A DNA stretch of 20,000 bases from Emiliania huxleyi CCMP1516 (lineage: Eukaryota): positions 297,896 through 317,895 of the forward strand of contig NW_005201183.1 in the NCBI RefSeq assembly GCF_000372725.1. The letters run 5' to 3'. Within the stretch, counting starts at the first letter, position 1, and each line of letters starts with the position of its first letter. The notes beneath the pieces were generated by a model that worked only from the letters and a program-made list of their open reading frames with translations, was not told the origin of the DNA and did no database searches. Made by a program: the position numbers and the translations under genes. Below are positions 9,471-19,346 of this stretch, piece after piece.

Positions 9471-10633
9471 TAGGTAGGTAGGTCCGGTTTTGACCGCCCC
9501 AGAGGGCCCCGCAATAGGTAGGTAGGTGGTTGGTGGTGGTGGTGGTGTGTGTGTTGTGTTGTGTGTGGTGGGGGGTGGGGTGTGTGTGTGTGTGAAAAAA
9601 ACCGCTTCGCGCGGGATGTGAGGTTGCCGACTGCACTCCAAGTGCTCCAAGTGCGGGAGACGGCGCGTTTAGCCGCGAACGGGGCCATGCTCTGGCGGGC
9701 TCGCGAGCGGCGCGCACCGCGGTACAAGCCGGCGCGCGGCGGGCGCTGGGAGCCTATTCACAGAGAGAGGGCTAACGGGTATTTTACTATTTTTTCGCTT
9801 CGCTGCGCGGCAGCCTGGGAATTTTTAAGTTTTAGGTATGTTGTTGGCAAATCAAGACACAGAGCTCACACAGAATCACAGCGGGAGGAAAGCGGCGAGA
9901 GGTAGGTAGGTGGGGCACGGAGCCTGGCGATTGGCGCCCGCAATAGGTAGGTAGGTAGACTGTTTGAGGGACGTCCGTCCAAAATGCGCGTTTGCGGCTT
10001 GCCTGTGCTCTCGGCCGCCTCGCTGAGCGGGACCGAGCGCGGTGCTGGTGGCGCCGACACTGCCGATCCGTCGAGCACTGCGGCGGCTGCTCAACCAATG
10101 AGAGTCGGCAGCGCTGCCTCTGCGGCTGGTGCGCCTGCACAGACCACGCCAAGCGACTGCAAACTGGGCGCAAACCTGCCTGGCAATGCTCTGGGCGAGG
10201 ATGTCAGTGTGGAAACCACTCGAGTCCTTCAGCTTGATCCTGCCTCGACGGCTCGCACCGCAAACGCGGGTCCTGCACTTCCTCGCGGTGCTGGCATCTC
10301 TGCGCTGCGCCATATTGACGCCAATAACTCTTGGGGAGATGGGGGATCCGGGGGGACCGGCCGGGGGGGCCTCCGCGAGGAGGACGGGGCGGAGAGCGCG
10401 CAATGGGGAGGAGCAGCGGATCAACAGACTTAAGAGAAGGGCAGGCTGAGGGGGTGCAGCAATGCACACGTCTCGTACGCCCACAAGTTGCTTTAAAAAC
10501 TCTACAGCCCGGCTAAAAATCCCGCCTCCCCCCCCCGCCCCCCCCCCTCCCCCTCCCCCCCCCCCCTCTCCCATATGACAGAGGCGCACACAGTGCCCAC
10601 CATCCCCGACGCTTCGATACAGGTGATGCGCGG

Positions 10634-10989
10634 CGCTGTCTCTCAAGATGGAAGCAGGAAGCTTCCATCCCGGCGGTGGTTCGAATCCACACGAGCCGAA
10701 GGGTGAAGGGGGAGGCAGGCCCGAGGTCTGAAGCTCACCCATTGTGGAAGTGAGAACTGCTCGACCCACCCCTGATCCTGCTGAACAAGCTCCTCTTGTA
10801 GCTCGATCGGTCACACCGCCATCGCCGTCGGGGAGAGGGGGGACGATACTGCCTCGGCAGCGTGCACCTCGATCCTGTACCGTGTTTGTTATGACCCCCC
10901 CCAATGAACACACCAGTGAGGGAGGGCGAGACGATCGAGGGGTCCCGTACCATGCGGAACCGACCCTATCCAGTGCTCAAGTGCTCAAG
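10634..10989 (+). mobile_element. SINE-like element, copy 3 (diverged head, conserved 3' 216 bp); 5' boundary approximate
   Basis: B-box/T-arm gtggTTCGAATccac at 10676-10690. 10774-10989 matches copy 1. Tail ccagtgctcaagtgctcaag is followed by gtaggtagg. Confidence 0.65.
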
Positions 10990-11263
10990 GTAGGTAGGGC
11001 GTTTTGGTTGGTGCGAGTCATAGGGACGCAGACCCCTATCTGGTAGAAGCCGGAAGGGTTTTATATATACCAAAAGGAGGGCTACACGAGGCCCTCTACG
11101 CTGGGGTGCCGGCGCCCTACTGGGCGCCCCCCACTCCCTTCCCCTTAGAGCCCCCCATCCCGCTTACCCACCCCCCGCGGTCCCCTCGCGGCCGCGCCCG
11201 CGACGCCGCACCAACGGACGGGGGGCCTTCCCAAGCTGGCGGTCGCCGTGTCGCCTCGCTCTG

Positions 11264-13227
11264 ATGCTGTCACTGCTGCTGACCGTCGCTCTGATGCTGT
11301 CACTGCTGACCGTCAGCACCGCCACTCCGCCCGACGCTGCGGCCTGGCGTCCCATCCGCACACTCCTCGAGAACTGGCAGTTCACGACGGAGTACGCCAT
11401 CAGCATTGGCACCGCCGACCACGGCCAGCTCTTTGTGTACGAGTCTGGCAACTTCACGATGGACCAGCAGATTCCGACAGGCTCCACCTCCAAGTGGCCT
11501 TCGGCTATGATGTTTGCCGGCCTGGTGGGCGACGGCACGATTCGCTCGCTCGACGATCCGGTCCACGAGTATCTTCCGTACTGGACCAAGCATCCGCTCG
11601 ACGCGCGCTCGCACATCACTCTCCGCCACCTGCTGACCTTCACCTCCGGCTTCGGCGACGGCCACCCCGGCTTCGAGTTCAACACTCGTGCGGCGAGGGC
11701 GTGGCGCGCGGGCCGCACGCCGCCGCGTAACAACATCAGCAGGGAGTGCGACCTGGAGAGCGGCGACACCGCCAAGTGCGCGCAGTCCATCTACTCGGGA
11801 GTCAAGCTGATCGGCGTCCCCGGACACGTTTATTCGTACAACAGCAACCACCTCCAGCTCGCCGCCGGCGTCGCCGTCGCGGTGAGCGGAAGTACTCTTT
11901 TCACAACCCCTCAGCTGAGTGCCTCTCTGCGCTGCTAATGGGACCGCCGAGTCACAAGGCGGTAGTTCGCAGGTCCCCTCACCAAGCCTTGCCCCCCCCC
12001 CCCCCCCCCCAGGGGAGCGGCCTGCCGATCAAGGAGGTGCCACCGTCAGCGAGTACCTGCTCTGCTCGAGCCATGTCCAGGACACGCCCACGACATGTCC
12101 GAGACATGTCCCATAGGTGGTCCGCAGGTACCTGCTCCAGCCGTTCGGGCTGACGGATTCGTACTACGAGGGGCGATGCCCCGACTTTGCGGGCTCGCTG
12201 GTGACGACGGGCCGCGACTACGAGCGCTTCCTGCACTCGCTGCTGTCTTACAGGCGGTCCGGCGCCCTCCTCCTCCTCCTCCTCCCACGCCTCCCCCTCC
12301 CGCCTCTCGGACAAGGGGGAAGAGGGACTCCAGTGGAGGAGAGGAAAGGGAGTACATCGAGCCGCTTGTCTCCCACCTCTTTGGAGGCCTCCCACGAGGG
12401 AGAGAAATGGTGGCGGGGCACTCTTACCCCCGAGCGGTGGCTCACTCGCTCCTCCTCGGTGCTCAGGCACCCTTCGCCCGCCCTGATCCTCGAGTCGGAG
12501 AGGGACGGGACGCCCTTCCTCTCGGACCAGTACACGCTCTACGGGAACTATGGCTTCGGCGCGCGCACACACACCACCTCCGCTGCCCGCAGTCTCCCGC
12601 CTCTCCCACACCCCAACCTGCGTGGCGCACGCCCCCCACTCAGTGCGACGATCTCTAGGCCACTTTCTGATGTGCTTTGACTCGGCGGGCGGCTACACTG
12701 ACGCGTGTGCCGACGCTCGCTCGCACTTCGACCCGGGCGCTTTCGGCTTCATCCCGGTCCTCGACAGCACGGCTCCTGGCTCCGACATTGTGTGTGGCTG
12801 ACGGATGAGTGATGAGTTGGCCAATCAGGTCCTCGACCGCAAGTTCGGCTTCTACCTCAACCTCGTCGCCGCGGAGACGGCGCAGCGTCCGCTTCGCTGG
12901 GCCGCATGGCCACGCCCCCCGTCCACGACACGCCCACGACACGTCCACCTCAGGCGCCCACCGGCTCGTACCCCCTCTCGGGCATACCCGAGTACCTTGC
13001 CGTCGGCCTCAAGCCGCACGTCGAGGAGCTCCCCTCCCGCAGCGAGGGAGGCCACACGCTGCCAGTTGTGCTGAGGCGGGAGCCGTCGTCCCTTGCAGGC
13101 GATCCTCTCGCAGCGGCCACCGCGGGCGGAAGAGCACTTGCACCACAACCCGGCCATCGCCGGCCTCTCCCTCGCCGACGTCAACTACGCGCTCGGCTGC
13201 CGGCTTCACCCGGACTCCTGCGCCTGA
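11264..13227 (+). CDS. Secreted beta-lactamase/AmpC-family serine hydrolase. Exons 11264-11881, 12013-12036, 12117-12253, 12467-12558, 12659-12756, 12829-12879, 12954-~13025, 13099-13227
   Basis: Signal peptide; catalytic SxxK (GSTSKW); 'LDDPVHEYLP..ITLRHLLTFTSG'; YxN-type 'PGHVYSYNSN'; 'YLLQPFGL..S'; 'DYERFL'; 'YGFG'; 'PGAFGF'. Junctions are phase-consistent; the last donor is uncertain. Confidence 0.8.
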
Positions 13228-14961
13228 GTGGCCCTCCCGACGCCACACCAGAGCTGCGAGAGGCGCCGCTCTCGAGGGGATGGGCGGCCGCGCCGCGGGG
13301 AGAGGCGCAGACTGAGACGGAGCGGGCGCGCTGTGAGCAGGGCTCATCCCGGCGTCCGGCGACTTCGAGCGACTGGCAGAGACTTCAAAGTACGTAGAGA
13401 GTGTGCATAGCATGTTACGTAGGTACACATGTGCATGCACATGTGAGTATGTATCCGAGGCGAGACAGGTGGATATGTTTCATTATTCATGTACAGCCTT
13501 CGTACCTTCTTTGTTGTTTGTATCGGCTATCGCGCGTCTTTTTTGTATTATATGACTTATGACGACATATGACTTATGAGCCAGTAGCGCGCGCGCCGGC
13601 GCCGCCTCGTGAGACTTTTTGCAACTAGTCCATTGAGCAGTTTAAAAAGAGATGCGTCTCGACCAGCCGGAGCGCGGAGGCCTTCGCCCCAAGGTCGTGT
13701 GAGCGATACGAGCAGCGATGCCGTACAAAGAGAGAGAGATACAATCGTAATGATTCACCGATTCTCATTCACAGGTCCCTCAGCCTCTGAGCTGCGGCCG
13801 TGCGGGGTGCTGCGTGCTGGAGTAGTCCGGGGCTCGTTCCGCGGCGATGCCGTTGTGTCGCGTCTCGTTGTCGTTGCTCTTCTCTCCCACAGGGTCAGGG
13901 ACCCCTTACACGATGACACAACCCACAGGAATAAATATTTGTGTCGCTAATGTTCGAACGAGCGGTCGTGTCGTGCAGCTCTGGTGCTGGAGAGGTCATG
14001 GGAGCCGCTCGGGACCATTCTAAAGGCGTGTTTTGGTAGCTGGGGCCTCGAAAGCGCCCCCGGGGCCCTCTGCAGGACCTCTCTGGAGCCCCAAAACGGC
14101 GCCTGCAGGGCGGCTCGCGGCTTTGAGGCTCGTAAAACGGGTGCCGCTGGCATCGTCCCGATGCGTGTGTATCACCACGTGCCGATATCGCGCACGAATC
14201 AGCCGCGAGAGTCCGTCCAAGCCTCGGAACGAGCCCAACGGGGCCATTTTGGCCCCTCGGCGCCTTCTGCCGACCTTTGGCGCCCGATTTGGTGCCACCC
14301 TGCGGTCTTCAGACGCATCTGAGGTGCTCCCATGATGTTTCTACATCGGGACGTGTCGTGGTCTGACAATCGAAAGCGGCAGAGAGCAACAACCACCCAA
14401 GCACGCACCCACGACCCGTCGCTGTTTTGGCTCTGGTGCACACAGTCACCTAGCAGCTACTAGAGTCCGTCCGGTCCCCCGATTGGGTTCTCCGCACTCC
14501 CCGCGTCTAGGAGGAGCTGCAGGATCGCCGCCTCGCGCGCCTCCCCGTCCCCTCTGACTCCTGGACGCCTCACCACCGTCAGCAAAGTCGTGGAGGAAGG
14601 CGCCAGCGTCCCCGAAAGGGTTTGCGCCTGTCTCGGTGTAGGCCTGCAGCAGCCCGCGGAGTCGCAGGCGCTCCTCGGCGATGAAGACGCCATTCGCCCG
14701 CGAGGCGTCTCGCAGTTCGCTGCCTCTCAAACCCCGACAGGTCGCGCAGCGGCGTCCCGCGCAGCAAGATGGCGAACTGCAACAAACAAACAAATTGCTA
14801 AAAATCTCTCTCTCTCTCTCCGAACTGCTCGAGAGTTGCACACAGGGCGATGAGTCCCCTGTCGTCAAGACGGTTACCGTAGTTGTGCTTCTGCTTGTCG
14901 TTACCCTGGTTGAGGCCCCCCCTCAACCATCTGGTTGACGGTTGAGACCCCCCGTCATATG

Positions 14962-15152
14962 ATGTAGCGTTTGTTGTAGAGATTTCACGCTGTAGAGGGC
15001 CTCTACAGCGCTCTACATCTGCATCGCTCTGTCCCGCGGCGGATGTAGAGCTCTACAGCTCTACAGCGCTCCAGAGCGCTCTACAGCTCTACAGCTCTAC
15101 AGCGCTCTACAGGTAGTAGTCTACACTCTACATCCTCTACACCCTCCCTCAG
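14962..15152. mobile_element. Solitary transposon end with clustered CTCTACA(G)/TGTAGAG subterminal repeats, ending in ..accctccctcag
   Basis: Many ctctaca and tgtagag motifs. The terminal ccctcag matches the end of the 8592-9445 element. No partner end found in the window. Confidence 0.5.
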
Positions 15153-15699
15153 GCGCCGGCGTGGAACGGCGCGCCGCGGGCGCTGGCCGACAAGCTGGGC
15201 TCATGGGCGGGCCTTTGCCTCCACGAGCACGACGGCGCCGAATCTCGTCTCTTCTAATGAAATCCGGGCACCAAGGTGCCTCATCCTGCAAAAGGGAGCG
15301 TAGAGGGGTGAGTCCTGCAGCCGAGGAGGTGTGAAGACGCGAAGCGTGGGTTATGAATCATTAATATGAACAGTCGAGAAGGCCAGTGCGCGCTATGAAC
15401 AGAGTGAGTGTGCTGGGCGCTGTGCCCTTACACAAGGATTTTAAGGAGAGGAGTGTGGCGCTAGCCATCGCCCACCCTTGGGCGTCCGCCTCTTCCTGTC
15501 TCTATTCGCTCGCCGCACCCGTCACCACTGCCGGGTTCTCAAGTTGGGCCCTCGGGTCGCCAGGAGCGCCCGGGCGCGTGAGATGCCGCACACCGATTCG
15601 GCTTTCTGTGTTAACGTTCTTCAAGCTCCGACATGCCCTCCTCTTTCTCAGGCTTCTTTGCCCTCTCTTGCGACAGCCGCACCATCGCAAACATCGAGC

Positions 15700-18217
15700 T
15701 CATAGAATTTCAACCCGCTGGGCTGTCTCTACTCGGATCTCGGTTGGCAGGAAGCACGAGGGCAGCTCGGACAGCGGGGGATCTGGCTTGCGGCGAAAAG
15801 GAGGCTTGAGAATGCTCCAGTGGAAGGTGTAGTCGAGGCTGTCGCGAGGGCGGCAGCAGAGGACGGCGGCGAGGTGGGCTCGCAAGATGCGGCTGGGGAG
15901 GATGAAGAAGAGGGCATAGACAGGAATGACCAAGAATAAGATTCGTAAAGCCGTCATCAGCTTCGTAAAGCCGTCATCCTCGTCCGTCATCAGCTTGTCG
16001 GCGACGAACACAAACATGCTCTTTTTCTCCTCATCATACTCCTCGAGCTTCTTGCGCAGGGCGAGGTACAAGCCGCACACCTCCTCGCGATCAGCCCGGC
16101 CGATGAAGCGCGTCGACTCGGCCTCGAAGAGCGCCTCCATGTGCCGCACGCTTGGCAGCCGCCCGCGCGCCACCGGCACACGGCCGACGCCGAGCTCGTA
16201 CGCGTGCCCGCCCCCTTCCGTCATCAGCAGCGCGCACGCCGTCTCAAACGTGCACCATCCCGAACGACACTTGGCGCCGGCGTAAGGGATCAGGTCGAGG
16301 CGGTCATCTGGAGGCGCGCCGCCGTATTTCTCATTCAGCTCGCGCTCCAGCTCGAGAGGGATCCGCCGGTGCTGCAGCACGAGGACGCGCGGGCTGGCGT
16401 AGGCGTGGCTCATCACGCCGAGCCCCTTCTTGAACACATTAGTCTCCGCGGCGGTACGTTTCGCGCCCGTTATCGGGTCGTGCTGTGGCAAAGTCCCACA
16501 TCAGGGCGGGCCGTTCCTCTGCGTGGCGGCCCTCCCGGTAATACGAGAGGACCTCGTCAAGGTGGAAGCGGCTGCCGTCTGGCTGATCGCCACCGCCGTT
16601 GGACGAATTGAAGGGGCCCTGCCACTTGTAGGAGAGCGCAGCGACTTTCTCTTCGGCAAGCAGGCGGGCCGCGTCGGCCGGGGCCCAAAACGCCTCTTCC
16701 GGCAGGTCTTGCTCCCGCAGTATCACCCAGTCCGTTGGGCGCTCGAGCAGCCAGGCGACGCGCAGCAGCCGGAGGGAGCCGTCGGCGAGGCGCTCAGGCA
16801 GGTCGGCCTCGATGGCGGCGATGCGAGCGCGGAGTTCTTTGCGAAGGCGGTAGTGTTGCAGAGGTAGTGCGAAGACCCCATGAAGAAATATGACGTAGAC
16901 GATGAGACCTGTCGGGTCATAGTCGCAGTGCTCCGGAACAAGCCACGAGAAGCCCCACGGGGAGGCGACGAGGAAGACGAGCATAACGAGGGCGAGAAAG
17001 AGCATAAAGAGCGCGAGAAAGAGCTTGGGCTGCGATGCCTTGGGCAAGAAGGCAAAAAATCCAAAGAAGTAGGCCGTTACAAAGGCGGCCCCGCCACGGA
17101 TACGCCACGCCTCCTCTGCTGCATCGCAATCGGCCGGTGGCATCGGTGGGGGCGGCTCGAGGGGCGGCGGCAGCGGGGCGCGCCCCGGTGGCCACGGCGG
17201 CGGTGCGGGCGGTGCGGGCGGTGCGGGCGGTGCGGGCGGGGAGAGAGAGGCCAATGTCAGATCGTTGTACGTCCAGGAGCCGTCGCAGTAAACCCGCCAG
17301 GTAGCCGTGCCGAGCGGCGGCGAGGAGGAGTCGTCCGAGTCGATGCGGGCCCAGTAGGTACACCCCCCGTCGCCATCGAGGTCGCTAGAGGCTGTAGTGC
17401 TCGGTTCTTGGTTGTCCACGATCCAGCGGGCGGGATAGCCTTCGCCACTGCAATCGGGGTCCCAGTAGATGTAGTACGATGACGAGGCCTCGCGGAAGTA
17501 CGGCGCTCCCGAGAAGGTGTAGCCGACTGCGACATACGAGCTTCGCGAAGCGCAACCTCCGGTGATCATGAGCGGCGGCGGCATCGGCGGGGGCGGAAGC
17601 GGCGGCGGAGCGGCCGGCGGCGGCGGCGACGGAGGCGGCGGCAGCGGGGCGCGCCCCGGTGGCCACGGCGGCGGTGCGGGCGGTGCGGGCGGTGGGGACG
17701 GGGAGAGAAAGGCCAGTGTCAGAAGATTGTTCGTCCAGATGCTGTCGCAGTTAACCCGCCAGGTAGCCGTGCCTAGCGGCGGCGAGGAGGAGTCGTCCGA
17801 GTAGATGTCGGCCCAGGACTTACATTTCCCGTCGCCATCGAGGTCGCTGGAGGCGGTAGTGCTCGGCTCATCATCATCCACGATCCAGCGGGCGGTAGAG
17901 TCTGTACCACTGCAATCGGGGTCCCAGTAGATGTAGTACGATGACGAGGCCTCGCGGAAGTACGGCGCTCCCGAGAAGGTGTAGCCGACTGCGACATACT
18001 CGACGTTGTCGAGGGCAGAGCTTCGCGAAGCGCAACCTCCGGTGATCATGAGCGGCGGCGGGAGTGGTGGAGGCGGCGCCGTCGCCCGCGGCAGGACCTT
18101 GACGAGGAGCGCGGCGGTCGAGCCGCCCGTGCTGAGCACCGCGAGGAACGCGAAGAAGCTGCTGAGCAGGTGGAGGCGGCCGGTGGCGACGGCCGTAGAA
18201 AGTTTAGATTTCTGCAT
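15700..18217 (-). pseudogene. Intronless receptor-like gene: N-terminal hydrophobic segment, two Cys/Trp extracellular repeats with Pro-rich linkers, ~3 TM helices, HET-like domain, C-terminal TM; frameshift at ~16489
   Basis: ORF 18217-16439 overlaps ORF 16491-15700. The conserved-looking motifs 'LRLLR..WL', 'ALSYKW..QPD', 'WDFA/LPQ', 'FKKGL..M..AYA', 'PY..RSGWCTFE' run across the frame change. These match HET-domain hallmarks (ALSYxW, WxD..Q, M..IY, RGWxxxE). Confidence 0.65.
17163..18060 (-). repeat. Intragenic tandem duplication (~17636-18060 and ~17163-17580) of a ~110 aa domain plus a Pro-rich linker
   Basis: LMITGGCASRSS..YVAVGYTFSGAPYFREASSSYYIYWDPDCSG..ARWIVD..DLDGDG.C..WA.I.SDDSSSPPLGTATWRV.C is present twice. 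The second copy lacks ALDNVE. Confidence 0.9.
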
Positions 18218-19346
18218 CGACGGGCTGCTTTGAGGCGGTGCCTAAGGGCGGCCTGTTCGAGTGCAAGGGAGCGGAGAGCGTCTCGTGACGCGATTGAGGG
18301 CCGCATCAATTCTTTTCTTGTACTAGCACGCGCCAGTTCTCTGTCTCGAGCCTGTTGCTGTAAGAGAGAGTTCTCATCGCGGGGATGCGGAGAGGCGCAA
18401 GCGGCGCAAAGCCGCCAAGGCGGCCGCTGCCTCCTTCGAGCCCATGAACGCCACCGAGGCGCCGGAGCCGCCCGCCGCGCCCGACACCTCGCCGGAAATG
18501 GAGGTCGAGCCGGCAGCGCCCGACGCGCAGGCGCTCGCGACGGGTGCGGCTGCTCGGCGACGTCGAGCGTGGTGCCCGACGGCTCAGGAGCCGTCTACCA
18601 TCAACAACTACCACGGCTGCCACCGTCGGCGCCTTCGCTCGAGCTCTCCGAGGCCGCGTTCTGACCTCGTGCCGCGGCTGTCGTCGCTACAGCAGCGACG
18701 AGGGCCGCGGCAAGGGGTGCAGCGGCGACGGGCGGGGGGGAGAGGCGCGGCCAGCTACCGGGCCGTTGCCCCCGCCCACCGCGCCGGGCCCCTGCACCCG
18801 GAGGCGGCTTGCGGCAGCCTTCCCGTGTCTCCGTGCAACCCGCTTGGGTAGCCGGCCCGATGTGTGGCCCGCTGCCGGAAAAAATCCGGGGTTTAGCTGG
18901 CGTATCTCGGGCCCACTTTAGAGCTAGGGCATGATCTTAGGTGTTCTGGATAGCCCACAAGGGTCTTCTGTGGCATGGTAGCGGTGGTTTTGCGCGAGGC
19001 GTTCTCATTCAAAAATCACCTCATTTCCCCCACTACTCTCCGGGTTTCAGGCGTTTGAGCCGAAACACAAAACATATATTGATACACGACAACCAGCGGC
19101 AGCGCGCCACAGGCCGCTTCGCACAGAGCGCGAGGATCTAGTCGATCACGCGAGCGACATGGAGGATGGAGCTAGAGAGAGACACGGAGAGACCCCAACG
19201 AATAAACGACTGTGTGCCTCGATGTACACTTTGGGCGCCGCCGCCGGGCGACGCCATCCTCCCCGCCCTCGCACCTCTCCTTGCCCCGCAGCCCCTCCCC
19301 TCCCTTGAGAGAAGAGACCGCGGGAGGCGCCGGGTAGCGGCCGCCT

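Noticed and set aside
9876..10913. 345 aa minus-strand ORF and 149 aa plus-strand ORF (9984-10433) as a transposase or gene
   Set aside because: Low complexity, partly running through SINE and poly-C sequence, with no DDE, RT or other motifs.
8134..10989. Penelope/retrozyme repeats with hammerhead ribozymes
   Set aside because: No CTGANGA..GAAA core was found by eye in these repeats.
14446..14940. Possible gag-like ORF and LTR edge (palindrome tggttgagg..cctcaacca at ~14907-14929)
   Set aside because: No second LTR, PBS or retroviral motif could be identified.
18385..18660. Coding-looking fragment (RRKRRKAAK..PSTINNYHGC)
   Set aside because: Appears frameshifted, has no clear start or splice structure, and no family could be assigned.
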